Shown here in pieces: positions 8,425 to 17,976 of a stretch of DNA of 64,000 bases. This stretch comes from an uncultured virus (IMG/VR IMGVR_UViG_3300033066_000598). Its lineage: Duplodnaviria > Heunggongvirae > Uroviricota > Caudoviricetes. The position numbers and the translations under genes are program-made. The notes beneath the pieces are model-generated. The model was not told the origin of the DNA, did no database searches, and saw only the letters and a list, made by a program, of their open reading frames with translations. Each line of letters starts with the position of its first letter. The first letter of the stretch is position 1. Location: the IMG/VR virus record IMGVR_UViG_3300033066_000598; one strand, given 5' to 3'.

Positions 8425-10344
8425 CTACTTCTTCGCCTTGGCCTTCTTCGCGGGCGCCTTCTTCGCCGGCGCAGCCTTCTTCGGCTCCGCCTTCTCGATC
8501 GGCCCGTCATAGTGCGGCGTGCGCAGCGCCGGCGGCAGGTACTTGGTCTTCTTCAGGTGCTCGACCGCAAACTTCACGGCCGCGCCCTTCCTCATTTTCG
8601 CGACGTCGCGCGCGAAGTCCGGGCCCATCGAACAGCTGACGGCCGCGACGATCGTCGCCAGGTCGACGCCGGTGAAGTAGGCCTCGACATCGAAGTGCGC
8701 GCGGATCTTCGCGTTGACCACTTCCTTCGGCAGCGCCTTGGCGAGCGCCTGCACGCCGGGCCAGTTAATCGGCAGGTTCGTGGCGTTGTAGCTGCGCAGG
8801 CTCAGTGCCTGCGAGGCGATGCCGGCAAGCACGACTGCCTGCTGCTCCGGAGACGACTTCAGCGCGCCCTCGAATGCCTGCACGAAGGCCTTGTTGCCGT
8901 TGCCGCGGCTGTTGCTGCCATAGCGCACGCGATCGTCCACATTACCGACGTCGACGCTGACGACTTCGCCGTAGCTCGCAAAGCCCGCGATCATGCCGGC
9001 GATCGCGGTGTAGGGTGCAGCGACCATCGCCTCCGACAGGCCCTTCTCGAGCTGCTGCGACAAGCGCTCGGCGAGCGCGTTCGATAGTGTCACTTCGCCG
9101 GGCTTGTTCTTCTTCTTCGGCTTGGTCGTGCCCGACGCGCGCCGCTCGGCCGCGGCGACCTTCTGGCGTTCGGCCGGCTTCACCTTGCCATAGGTCACGA
9201 GCAGCTCGCCGTCGTGCCCGATGCGCACAATGCAGCCGGCGCGCTTCTTCTGTTCGTCGCTGAAGCCGCGGCTGGCGATGCGCTGCTCGATCGCAGTTTC
9301 CTCATCCTCCAACGCCTCGTAGTCGACTTCCTCGTCTTCGTCGTCGCTCCGCAGCAGCTTCTTGATGTCGGCTAGGCGCAGCGCTTCCGTCGCGGTGGCG
9401 GCCGCCTTCTTCTTGTCGGGGTGAACGTCGCCGTACTCGTACTCCTGCCCCGGCAGCTTGTCCTTCGGTATGGCCCAAGACCAGCCTTCCTTCACGAGCT
9501 CGGCGCAGGCGGTAGCCAGCTTGTCGCCGACCATCTTGTTGAGCACCTTGAAGTCGGAGACGATGTGGTCCTTGCCGAACAGATCCTCCTGCTTGATCGC
9601 GCCGGCCTTCTTCGCGGCCTCGACACCGACGAACGCAATCTTCGGCGCGGTGTCGTGCGACTGCGACTGCGGGACAATGCGCCGGCGCACCGCCCAATCG
9701 TCGACGCGGCTGCCGCGGCAGTCCTTCCTCGCCGCAGCCAGCACCTTCTCCTGCTCTTTGACGTCGGGCTGCAGCGTGAAAATCTGCGCGGTCTTCGCGC
9801 TGATTTCGCCGGTCTTCCAGGCCTGCCGCACTTCGGGCGACATCTTGCCGAGCGCCATCACGCGCCGGTACTGCATGTCGGACATGCCGTAGCGCGCGCA
9901 AACCTCGCGCTCCGTCAGCTTCTGCTCTTTCGCCAGCTGCACGATCATCTCGTAGCGCTCGACCAGGTGCGGCGGCAGTGACAGGTTGGTGTCCATCGCG
10001 ATTTCGCGCCAGTCGCCGCCGAAGTCGTCGACGTTCTGGCACTGCACGGTGGTCGCCATGGCGTCGGCGAAAATCTTGCGCAATTCCTTCAGGCGGCGAT
10101 TGCCGACGACGACGTACTTCTTGCCCTGGTGCTCTTTGAACATGAGCGGATAGATGATGCCCTTGGCATAGATCGACGCGCGCAATTCGTCGTCCGTCAT
10201 GGGCGAGCCGGCGCCGCTGTCGCGCACTTCAAGGTTGGCGCCCTTCGGCGCTTCCTTCGCGAGGAACAGCTCGGAGATCGCGATCTGGTGCGTCGGCACT
10301 TTCGCGGCGGTGACTTCGGTCTTCAATGCAACGACTTTCGACAT
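8425..10344 (-). CDS. large ParB/Spo0J-family protein
   Basis: ELRASIYAKGIIYPL, VVVGNRRLKEL ParB-N motif, HTH, LVKEGWSWA; K/A-rich tail. Confidence 0.8.
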   Translation of the reverse strand: MSKVVALKTEVTAAKVPTHQIAISELFLAKEAPKGANLEVRDSGAGSPMTDDELRASIYAKGIIYPLMFKEHQGKKYVVVGNRRLKELRKIFADAMATTVQCQNVDDFGGDWREIAMDTNLSLPPHLVERYEMIVQLAKEQKLTEREVCARYGMSDMQYRRVMALGKMSPEVRQAWKTGEISAKTAQIFTLQPDVKEQEKVLAAARKDCRGSRVDDWAVRRRIVPQSQSHDTAPKIAFVGVEAAKKAGAIKQEDLFGKDHIVSDFKVLNKMVGDKLATACAELVKEGWSWAIPKDKLPGQEYEYGDVHPDKKKAAATATEALRLADIKKLLRSDDEDEEVDYEALEDEETAIEQRIASRGFSDEQKKRAGCIVRIGHDGELLVTYGKVKPAERQKVAAAERRASGTTKPKKKNKPGEVTLSNALAERLSQQLEKGLSEAMVAAPYTAIAGMIAGFASYGEVVSVDVGNVDDRVRYGSNSRGNGNKAFVQAFEGALKSSPEQQAVVLAGIASQALSLRSYNATNLPINWPGVQALAKALPKEVVNAKIRAHFDVEAYFTGVDLATIVAAVSCSMGPDFARDVAKMRKGAAVKFAVEHLKKTKYLPPALRTPHYDGPIEKAEPKKAAPAKKAPAKKAKAKK

Positions 10345-10355
10345 GGTGTTTCCCT

Positions 10356-11084
10356 TCAGTAAGCTTGTTTGAGCCAATATTTTGCGGTCGCGCGAACATC
10401 GCGGTCGGTGATGTCAGATTTGTTTACAATCCAATCGAGATAGTCCTTCGGCACGTCCTTCCATGGAACGCCCTTGTGTTTTTTGAGGTAGCACATGTAG
10501 AGAAGCGCCGGTCCGGCGCTCCACTTGACGAGACGGTCGATGTCAAGCTGCTGTTCGGCGGCCTCGATTAGGATGCGGCGAAGCAAGTGACACCCGACAT
10601 AGGCATCAGCGGCGGCGCGGTGCGCCGGCATGGCCAGTTTCGGATCAAAATCATCGGAGGAGTCGAGATCGAGGAAATACCGCAACTCCATCAGCTTGTG
10701 ACCCGGGGCCTCGGGCCAGAGGCGCAGCGCAATTTTATACGAGCAAATCCAAGGTCGAACATCTTCGGTACCGGGAATAAATCCGGTGCCTATAAGCTGT
10801 TTTTCAAAGTCGACGTTGTGGGCTGCTGTGTAGGCATGCTCGCCCTGCGATAGCAATTTGCATGCCTCCTCTGGCTTGATCTCGCCTACGGTCATCTCGT
10901 CGCTAATGTGATGGACCGCGCGAGCCGGGATGCTTATCGGGATCCCGCAATCGACCAAGTGGGAGACCGGCGGACTAATGATGTCGTTCTTCATATCGCA
11001 ATAGCCGATTTCAACTATTCCGACGCGCTCGCCTCCTGCGACCGGAATTCCAGTCGTCTCGCAATCGACAAATCTGTAGATCAT
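10356..11084 (-). CDS. DEDDh 3'-5' exonuclease (ExoX-like)
   Basis: VDCETTG, AHNVDFE, HRAAADA and a C-terminal KHKG.PW.DVP.DYL.W motif. Confidence 0.85.
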   Translation of the reverse strand: MIYRFVDCETTGIPVAGGERVGIVEIGYCDMKNDIISPPVSHLVDCGIPISIPARAVHHISDEMTVGEIKPEEACKLLSQGEHAYTAAHNVDFEKQLIGTGFIPGTEDVRPWICSYKIALRLWPEAPGHKLMELRYFLDLDSSDDFDPKLAMPAHRAAADAYVGCHLLRRILIEAAEQQLDIDRLVKWSAGPALLYMCYLKKHKGVPWKDVPKDYLDWIVNKSDITDRDVRATAKYWLKQAY

Positions 11085-11518
11085 GTGCCAGCCATCCTTT
11101 TTTCGCGAAGATCGCGACGACTTCCCGGTGTCCTCACGGGTTTTCCATTAGCGCCGATCACCCGTACGAACGGCGCTCGCTCATCATTGTTCTCTTTGTA
11201 GGTGCCCCACCGAAGATTGGTCAGCCTGTTGTTGGTGCCGTCAAAATCTGGACCGTGGCATGCGCACGTTCCTTCAGGCTTGGGGCCGACAAAAGCGGTT
11301 AAGACAAGGACGTGAACGTAGAACGTCCGGCCTCGAAGACGGACAGTCAGATAGGGACCTGAAGGGCTCGCCTTCAGGATTTTCTCGCGCTTGAACCTCA
11401 CATTGCCAGCGCCATGGCGTAGATACGGCTCGGTTCGAGCCAAACTTTTAACGCGACCAAGATTGCTGACCTGGTAGCGTCCCTCGAATCCGATGACGTC
11501 GCGCCATTCCTCCATCAC
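11081..11518 (-). CDS. NUMOD4-HNH homing endonuclease
   Basis: EEWRDVIGFEGRYQVSNLGRVKS; VHVLVL.AF.G...H.....NN...NL.W. Confidence 0.9.
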   Translation of the reverse strand: MMEEWRDVIGFEGRYQVSNLGRVKSLARTEPYLRHGAGNVRFKREKILKASPSGPYLTVRLRGRTFYVHVLVLTAFVGPKPEGTCACHGPDFDGTNNRLTNLRWGTYKENNDERAPFVRVIGANGKPVRTPGSRRDLREKRMAGT

Positions 11519-12489
11519 GGTCGCTCCTCATGCACGACGCCGTCGAGCAGATTGCCGGCGGCCTTGGTGCCGACCAGGTACGAAGCGGAACCATCGGGCC
11601 ATACTCGCACGTCGACTCCGGCCGCCTGTGCTCCGGAAGTCGAGCCTTGCGTCTCATGCAGCCACGAGCCGTTCTGCTTGTGGAAGAAGGCGGTCGGGTA
11701 CCGCTCGCACTGATCGCGGATCGAGCGGAAGGCGTCGACGTGCACCGGGCGAGGCCTGCGCTTGCCGCGGCCGCTCTCGCCGCCGGTGATGATCTGGTCG
11801 ATATAGGTCGGGTGCGGCGGCTGCTTCACCAGTTCCGGCCGCAACCAGCCCGGTGTTGCGAAGTCGATCGGCCCAAGCAGCGGCTCGGCCGAGACGAAGC
11901 GCTTCGCCGCCGGCGTCGCCAGCATATCCGGCACGCGGATGTCCGCCTCGCGCTGTCGCTCGGCAGATACGCCAACGTGCACGTTCGGCAGCGGCTCCGC
12001 CAGCAAGCGCCATGTCACTGCAATTTGCTCGCTCGTGAAGCCCGCCTTGCGGCCGATCTCCCCGATGTTCGACCACCAGCGCCCGGCGGTCGTCGGGCTG
12101 CTCAGATACTCGCGCATCCGCGCCGATCGCTTCGTCAGAATCTGGAACGTGTGCCAGTGCGCGAGCGCCATCGTTGCGAAAATTTCGTCGAGCCATTCCT
12201 CCTTGACGCCGGGGTGAAACAGGTCGCCGTGTGCAGCGACGAAAATCAGCCGCGGTTTCCTCCACTGCAACGGCTGGAAAAGCCAGCCGCGATTGAAGCG
12301 CACTTCGCCGGTCCAAACATGCTTGCCGTTGACGACTTTCGTCAAGCCGACGCGCGAAGGGTGGTTCTTCAACCTAGTGCCGGCGAGATCCATGGCGTAG
12401 CAAAGCTTGCACCCCGGCGTGTCGACGCTGCAGCCGGTGATGATCTGCCAGGTCGCGTCGGTCCAGCCGATGTCGGATTTGTCAGCCAT
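11515..12489 (-). CDS. DUF5131 (phage Gp37/Gp68) family protein
   Basis: IGWTDATW...GCSVDTPGCKLCYA, HTFQILTKR, FVSAEPLLG, TGGESG, FFHKQ. Confidence 0.9.
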   Translation of the reverse strand: MADKSDIGWTDATWQIITGCSVDTPGCKLCYAMDLAGTRLKNHPSRVGLTKVVNGKHVWTGEVRFNRGWLFQPLQWRKPRLIFVAAHGDLFHPGVKEEWLDEIFATMALAHWHTFQILTKRSARMREYLSSPTTAGRWWSNIGEIGRKAGFTSEQIAVTWRLLAEPLPNVHVGVSAERQREADIRVPDMLATPAAKRFVSAEPLLGPIDFATPGWLRPELVKQPPHPTYIDQIITGGESGRGKRRPRPVHVDAFRSIRDQCERYPTAFFHKQNGSWLHETQGSTSGAQAAGVDVRVWPDGSASYLVGTKAAGNLLDGVVHEERP

Positions 12490-12490
12490 T

Positions 12491-12796
12491 TCAGGAAACC
12501 TTGCCGCCGGCTGCTGCTCGCATGCGCTGCGCCGCTGACGGTGCGCCGGGGTTACAGTCCGGACACGGTTCGTCCGGTTCATTGGCGTGGCGGTTGATAT
12601 GGCCGTCGCCGCCGCATGTCTCACACTTCGGCGGCGGCGGCGCGGCCGCGATCGCCGCGGCGTAGCTGGCGCGGTCGCAGGCGAAGCGCGTGTCGTCCAT
12701 AAGCACTTCGAAGCTTTGGGCGCGCTCGCACGCGGCCTTCAGCATTTCCTCCGTCGGCTCGATCGGCACCAGTTTCCATCCGTGGGGAATTTTCAT
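12491..12796 (-). CDS. hypothetical protein with CxxC pairs
   Basis: GWKLVPIEPTEEM phage motif; CETC/CPDC. Confidence 0.65.
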   Translation of the reverse strand: MKIPHGWKLVPIEPTEEMLKAACERAQSFEVLMDDTRFACDRASYAAAIAAAPPPPKCETCGGDGHINRHANEPDEPCPDCNPGAPSAAQRMRAAAGGKVS

Positions 12797-12966
12797 TGTT
12801 TGGTCGCTCCAAAATAGGCCGGGTCTTCGGCGATATATTCGAAGACGTCGCCGTAAGGCAGGCCAAGGATCTCGTGCACGCGCATCCAGTGCGCGCCGTC
12901 CGGAAGGTCGAGGTCGTCAACCTGCTTCATGACCTTTCGCACTTCAGCCTTGTCGGGCTTTGGCAT
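12793..12966 (-). CDS. hypothetical protein
   Basis: GGAGG RBS before MPKPDK; ATGA coupling. Confidence 0.55.
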   Translation of the reverse strand: MPKPDKAEVRKVMKQVDDLDLPDGAHWMRVHEILGLPYGDVFEYIAEDPAYFGATKQ

Positions 12967-13192
12967 CGCGTCGCCTCCTGATCCATTCCCGGCTCGCATC
13001 GAGTCGGTGTTCTTCGAACGTCTTCGGCGGCGCCGGCGGCGCGAGCTCGTGCAGCTTGTGGCGAATGTCTTCGCCGCGCAGGCGCATGCCGAACAGGTAC
13101 GCGCGGAATTGCGCCTCCGTCATCTGGCCGGCCTTGTACTCGGCACCGCGCGCCTCTACGAGCTCCTCGCGATCGCGCCAGTTCCTGTTCAC
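12944..13192 (-). CDS. hypothetical protein
   Basis: GTGA-coupled start VNRNWR; GGAG RBS. Confidence 0.5.
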   Translation of the reverse strand: MNRNWRDREELVEARGAEYKAGQMTEAQFRAYLFGMRLRGEDIRHKLHELAPPAPPKTFEEHRLDASREWIRRRRDAKARQG

Positions 13193-13359
13193 GGCACCCG
13201 CGCTCCGGTTTGGACTATACCGGTGACGACGATCGCCGACGCGAGCAGCGCCAGCCACTCCGGAGCAAGAGCCCACAGCGCCACGACGACGATGCCGGCG
13301 GCAACGATCGCCGCGTCGCGCGGGTCGACATTTCCCTCGAAGTCGTCAGCCGAGCGCAT
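13189..13359 (-). CDS. small membrane protein
   Basis: Two hydrophobic stretches; coupled at both ends. Confidence 0.55.
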   Translation of the reverse strand: MRSADDFEGNVDPRDAAIVAAGIVVVALWALAPEWLALLASAIVVTGIVQTGARVP

Positions 13360-13505
13360 CACGTCTGCTCCCCGGCCTGTACCGTGTGGCACCAATCCTC
13401 GATCGCCTGGGCGATGTCGCGCGACTGTCGCAGCGAACGCTCGTAAGGTTCGGCCTTGGCGGGTTGCGAGTGCGACTCGTTGGCAGTGTCTTTGTCGGCT
13501 GGCAT
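13359..13505 (-). CDS. small hypothetical protein
   Basis: MPADKDTANE...AGEQT*, read by hand; GGAG RBS, TGATG coupling. Confidence 0.45.
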   Translation of the reverse strand: MPADKDTANESHSQPAKAEPYERSLRQSRDIAQAIEDWCHTVQAGEQT

Positions 13506-13509
13506 GATT

Positions 13510-14742
13510 TCAGTCTCCCACCACGATGATCAAAGCTTCGGCCGCGCGCGTCGCGGCGGTGTAAAGCCAGCGGTCCGGAATATCTTCTTCGCCGGCTCGG
13601 CCGAATATCTGGCTTTCGTCGTAGACCAGCACCTTGTCCCACTGCGAGCCCTGCGACTTGTGGCAGGTGATGGCGTAGCCATAGTCGAATTCGTGATAGT
13701 GCGAGCGCTGCATCTTCTCCGGCAAGTGCAGGTCGTTTGCTTTTCCGTTCCAGAACCAGAACGGATTCGGCACCATCGCGTAGTTGGTGCCCATGCCGTC
13801 GATCGAGTCGACAGCCAAGTAGCTGACGTCGTCGCGTCCCTTCTTCTTTGCGATAATGTCGCGGTCTCGAATTTCCTTCACCGTCCACATGCCGCCGTTG
13901 AGGAAGCCTCGATCGCGCTTGTTCTTCAGGCAAATGATGCGATCGCCGACGACGGGCAACGGGTCGGAGATCGAGCGGCCGTGCGGCAGCTTGCCGAGCT
14001 CCTGCAGCTGGCCGCGAATGCGGCGGTTGAGCGTGACGCGGGTGTCGTTCTTACCGCACAGGATTTGCTCGGCGGCGAGCTCCGTCTTCAGCGCCAACTG
14101 CGAGCGAGTGATGATAGCAACTCCGGTGCCTTCGCGCGCTCCCTTGTGGTTGCCAAGTTTGATTCCGACACCGGTGCGAATGTCGGTGGCAATGCGCACG
14201 ATCGGATTGTCGGCCGCCTGCCGGTGGATCTCCGTCAGCATGACGTCGGGAACGTGGCCCTCGGTGAAGAAGCCGGCACCGCCGACGGGCGGCAGCTGCG
14301 CGGGGTCGCCGAGCACCAGGACGGGAACGCCGAACGACATGACGTCGCGGCCAAGGTCTTCACCGACCATCGAGCATTCGTCGACGATCAGCAGGCCGGC
14401 GCCGGCGAGAACGGATTCCGGATTGAGCTCCCACATCGGAATGTCGCGGTCAGCGTCTTCGTCGTCCCGGTTCTTGCGGCGCGGCTTGTAGATCATGGAG
14501 TGCAGCGTCATGGCGCCGTTGCAGCCCTTCTTGCGCATCACGAGCGCGGCCTTGCCGGTGAAGCTTCCGAACAGCGTGTAGCCGCCGCGCAGATTGCGGG
14601 CCAGCTTCGCGATCTCGATCGCCAGCGTGGTCTTGCCCGAACCCGCATATCCAAAAAGTCTGAAAACCTGCTTGCGATTTTCGCTGTGAAACCACCTTCG
14701 GACAGCTTCCAGTGCTTCGTTTTGCTGCGGAGACCAGTCCAT
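13510..14742 (-). CDS. RecD/Dda-like SF1B helicase
   Basis: GYAGSGKT, VDECSM, GDPAQLPPV, LTEIHRQ, YAITCHKSQGSQW, YTAATRA. Confidence 0.92.
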   Translation of the reverse strand: MDWSPQQNEALEAVRRWFHSENRKQVFRLFGYAGSGKTTLAIEIAKLARNLRGGYTLFGSFTGKAALVMRKKGCNGAMTLHSMIYKPRRKNRDDEDADRDIPMWELNPESVLAGAGLLIVDECSMVGEDLGRDVMSFGVPVLVLGDPAQLPPVGGAGFFTEGHVPDVMLTEIHRQAADNPIVRIATDIRTGVGIKLGNHKGAREGTGVAIITRSQLALKTELAAEQILCGKNDTRVTLNRRIRGQLQELGKLPHGRSISDPLPVVGDRIICLKNKRDRGFLNGGMWTVKEIRDRDIIAKKKGRDDVSYLAVDSIDGMGTNYAMVPNPFWFWNGKANDLHLPEKMQRSHYHEFDYGYAITCHKSQGSQWDKVLVYDESQIFGRAGEEDIPDRWLYTAATRAAEALIIVVGD

Positions 14743-14743
14743 T

Positions 14744-15277
14744 TCATGCCACCTTCAGTTCGGGCCAGTTGCGCCGGCTTATGACGAATTTGATGCAGCT
14801 GACCGACACGTCGTATTGCTCCGCAAGCTTTAGGACGAAGCCGTGCTCGACTTGCTCGAATCCCCTCGCCTGTCGAGCCGAGAGGTTTTCCGCGTAGCGA
14901 CGGCGGATGTCGGCGACGCCTTCTTCAGTCAACCTTGCGAAGGGATTGCCCTCACGCTCCTGATAGGTGCCATGAAGGCGTTTGTCCTGTTCATTCTCGG
15001 ACCGTGTTCCCCACTTCAAATTCTCGGGCACGTTTCGATCCGTTTTCCCGTCGAGATGTCGCGCTTGGTGCTCCTCCGTCGGTGGTGCGCCGTTGAAGGC
15101 TTCGCACACCAACCGATTAACGAAAAAGCGACGGCTGACGCCGCCAATAGAAAGCGTCACGCGCTGGTAGCCGCCCTTGACCGTATCAGGGCGCAGGACA
15201 CGGCCTGTTCTCGAATTTCGAATGGCCCCGGCGCTGCTCGCCTCATAGGGAAAGTTTGGAATGGGCTTCCAGATCAT
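14744..15277 (-). CDS. NUMOD4-HNH homing endonuclease
   Basis: IWKPIPNFPYEASSAG.IR; RLVCEAF.G...HLDG...N...NL.W; C-terminal HTH. Confidence 0.88.
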   Translation of the reverse strand: MIWKPIPNFPYEASSAGAIRNSRTGRVLRPDTVKGGYQRVTLSIGGVSRRFFVNRLVCEAFNGAPPTEEHQARHLDGKTDRNVPENLKWGTRSENEQDKRLHGTYQEREGNPFARLTEEGVADIRRRYAENLSARQARGFEQVEHGFVLKLAEQYDVSVSCIKFVISRRNWPELKVA

Positions 15278-15402
15278 CGGCGCCTCCGATAGATGCGGCG
15301 CAGCTCGTGCACTGCGCCGGCGACAAAGCCGGCGAGGAAGAGCGGCGAAAACAAAATGAACAGGATGCGCGCGCGTCGGCGCTTGGTTTCGATCTCACCC
15401 AT
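15274..15402 (-). CDS. small membrane peptide
   Basis: MGEIETKRRRARILFILFSPLFLAGFVAGAV...; GAGGAG RBS. Confidence 0.5.
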   Translation of the reverse strand: MGEIETKRRRARILFILFSPLFLAGFVAGAVHELRRIYRRRR

Positions 15403-15745
15403 TGCGAGTCTCCTCGTCGACCATCGGGAGCGGGGGCTCACCCACAATCGCGCGGCGGATATCCTCTGCTTCGTCAGTGCAGATTTTTTTGAGCAGATCG
15501 CCCATTATGCCGCCGGGCTTATCAAACGTCCCCGGCCCTTCTTGGTATCGGTAGATTGCGCGCGCGATCATGTCGCGCACGGCATCCGCGTCAGACAGGT
15601 CGAACAGGGGCTTCATTTCCAACCCGTTGCCGGCCATCTGTTTGGCGCGCTCGGGATCGCCGGTCCAAGCCCGGATAACCGCCCCCGGAATGTCGCTGAC
15701 GGGCTCGGTGCCTGCAAAGCAAATCCATAGGTAAGGCTTCGACAT
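15395..15745 (-). CDS. hypothetical protein
   Basis: TGATG-coupled start MSKPYL. Confidence 0.5.
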   Translation of the reverse strand: MSKPYLWICFAGTEPVSDIPGAVIRAWTGDPERAKQMAGNGLEMKPLFDLSDADAVRDMIARAIYRYQEGPGTFDKPGGIMGDLLKKICTDEAEDIRRAIVGEPPLPMVDEETRNG

Positions 15746-16023
15746 CAACTTGCTGTAAACATGCAGCGGGCGCGGTGGCCCTCGTTGTATTTGTCCATCC
15801 AGTGCAGCACCTTGCCGCGCAGCAGGATGACGATGCTGTCGAAGACGTAGCTCGGAAACTTCGCTGCCGGCTGATCCCAATGCTCGTACACGTAGGCAAG
15901 CTTCGGGTCGGCCTCGAGCAGCTTCTGCACGGCGAGCGCCTCGTCGATCGTCAGCCGGCGTTCCATCATGTAGAGCACCGTCCACTGCTTCAGGCTGCCC
16001 TCGATCAGCGGCGCGTCGGTCAC
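15745..16023 (-). CDS. hypothetical protein
   Basis: Directly follows RecT; high-GC codon usage. Confidence 0.55.
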   Translation of the reverse strand: MTDAPLIEGSLKQWTVLYMMERRLTIDEALAVQKLLEADPKLAYVYEHWDQPAAKFPSYVFDSIVILLRGKVLHWMDKYNEGHRARCMFTAS

Positions 16024-16024
16024 G

Positions 16025-17425
16025 TCACTTGCCCTTGTTGATGCGATCGTTGGCGCCGTTCTTCAGGTCGGCCGCTTCCTCCATCTGGTCGGAGGAACAG
16101 AGCTCGACGCGGTCGGCCTTGGTGCTCGACCAAAGTTCCGTCAGGGCGGTCTTCGTCTTGACCGCCGCCAGCTGCTCTTTGAGCCACGCCAAATACGAGG
16201 TTCCGTCGGTGTAGGGCTTGGCCGGCGGGGCTTTCCCCGCCTTCCCCTCGGAACCGCCCTTTCCCGGGCCTTGGGAGGCCGCCTGATCGGGTTCGGAAGC
16301 GGCCGGGGCTGATTTGCCCGCCTCCTCGCCCGCCGCACTGGCGGCCTCCCTCGCCGCTCCGCCGCGTTCCTGTTCCTTGGGTGCCGCCTTGGTCAGGTTC
16401 CCTTCGGCGTCGAAGGTGCAAGGGAACCCGTTATCGGTGCAGGCCTCCCGCCACTGGTCGGCGTGCTGGAAATAGGCGTCCTTGCCCTCAAAGCGGCGAT
16501 CGACGATCGAGCAGCCACCCTCGATCTTGCCGCGCTTCAGGGTGACCTTGCCATCGAGCTCGATAACCAGGTCGTTCTCCTCGAGCTCGGCGTTGCCGTC
16601 GGTTTCGCTGGTGCCGGTCTCGTCGGCGTTGTGCTCGATCGTCTTCGGCGCTTCGTCCTTCAGCGGGTTCTTGACCGGCTGGAAGCTAACGGCTTCCGGA
16701 TCCTTGCCGCCAAAGTCGTAAAGGTCGTCATCCCGGCGCACCAGGTCGTCTAGGTCGCTCGACATCGGCAGGCGCTTTGACAGCCGGCGGAATGAACACT
16801 TCATGCCCATCTGGTCAAACCAGTTTTTCCACGCAGGGCCATCTTTGGCCTTGCTGATCGCGCGGATTTTCTCGATCTCGCTGACGTCGAGCCGGTTGGC
16901 GTAAACGGTGCCGTCCTTCAGCTTCGCCATGGAGAACGCGCACACCATGATGTTGCGGTCGGGCTTGTCGGCGGGCTCGTAGAAAATGTGCTCGCCGTCG
17001 TCGTCTATCCAATAGCGGAATTTGTCGCCACCGTAGACGAAGCCCGCGGTGATAAGCGCGATCTCGCCGCTGTTACGGGCCTTCTTCATGATGCCGCCGA
17101 TCATCGGCATCCACTGCACTTTCTTCACCCACTTGTCGGGCTCTTTTCTTGCCTTGTTGGCGACGTTGGTGTTGTAGACCACGAGCGCACCTTCGCGGCT
17201 GTCAGGCAGCAGGCCGTCCTGCGCGGCCTTCATGCTCGCCTCAAACAGCGATTGCCGGTCGGCCTGCAGCAGTTCGGGATTGCTGTTGACGGCCGTCATC
17301 ACCACGCGCATGAAGCGCTCGACCGGCATGTGCTTGGGCAGCGCCAGCTGAAACTGCGATTCCATCTTGACGAAGGACTCGTGGAATTGCGCCGCTGGCG
17401 TCAGCTGTTTCGTGGTCTCGGCCAT
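16025..17425 (-). CDS. recT: RecT-family single-strand annealing protein with long C-terminal extension
   Basis: ALPKHMPVERFMRV, AAQDGLLPD.REGALV, W...FDQM..K...RRL.K.LP.S. Confidence 0.9.
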   Translation of the reverse strand: MAETTKQLTPAAQFHESFVKMESQFQLALPKHMPVERFMRVVMTAVNSNPELLQADRQSLFEASMKAAQDGLLPDSREGALVVYNTNVANKARKEPDKWVKKVQWMPMIGGIMKKARNSGEIALITAGFVYGGDKFRYWIDDDGEHIFYEPADKPDRNIMVCAFSMAKLKDGTVYANRLDVSEIEKIRAISKAKDGPAWKNWFDQMGMKCSFRRLSKRLPMSSDLDDLVRRDDDLYDFGGKDPEAVSFQPVKNPLKDEAPKTIEHNADETGTSETDGNAELEENDLVIELDGKVTLKRGKIEGGCSIVDRRFEGKDAYFQHADQWREACTDNGFPCTFDAEGNLTKAAPKEQERGGAAREAASAAGEEAGKSAPAASEPDQAASQGPGKGGSEGKAGKAPPAKPYTDGTSYLAWLKEQLAAVKTKTALTELWSSTKADRVELCSSDQMEEAADLKNGANDRINKGK

Positions 17426-17470
17426 GGTCTTCCTTTCGAGGGATAGCGAGCGCGACTATCGCGCCCGCAA

Positions 17471-17974
17471 TTACTTCTTCGACTTCTTGCCCTTGGCCCT
17501 GGCGTCGATCGCCGCGGCCGCCTTCTTTGCATCAGGCGAGAACATCGGTTCGTCGTCGAACCAGAAGCCGTCGGCACCGGTCAGCTTCGCTGCGGGTTTT
17601 TTGCCGCCGCGCGGGATGCCGTGGCTGTAGGGCGGCAGCTCCTGCATGTCGGCGTGCGCATTCCACATCCGATTGTAGCAAGCGTGCAGCTTCGGGTCGC
17701 GGGTCGAGGCCTTGAAGTTGGAATAGACGATGCGGTCGACTTCCGCGGCGAGCGCCGCCTTCAGGTGGTCGCGCGGCACCGCGGCGCGGAACAGGTAATC
17801 GGACTTGGTGTAGCGGGTGACGACCACCGGCCTGAAGCCGTGAGTCGACAGCAGGACTTCGTCGTTAAAGACCTTTTCCAGGTCGCCTTCGCGGCGGGCC
17901 CGGATCATGACTTCGGACGGTTTGCAGTCCTTCGACACCGCTGAAAAAAAGGCGTCATTCAAACATACCCACAC
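17471..17974 (-). CDS. conserved phage hypothetical protein
   Basis: GTG start (M)WVCLNDAFFSAV...IRAR..GDL...DY.FRA...IVYSNFK; GGAGGG RBS. Confidence 0.65.
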   Translation of the reverse strand: MWVCLNDAFFSAVSKDCKPSEVMIRARREGDLEKVFNDEVLLSTHGFRPVVVTRYTKSDYLFRAAVPRDHLKAALAAEVDRIVYSNFKASTRDPKLHACYNRMWNAHADMQELPPYSHGIPRGGKKPAAKLTGADGFWFDDEPMFSPDAKKAAAAIDARAKGKKSKK

Positions 17975-17976
17975 GG

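Noticed and set aside
11515..12489. DUF5131 as part of a complete DNA-modification system
   Set aside because: No partner methyltransferase-like gene is adjacent; this is a common standalone phage gene.
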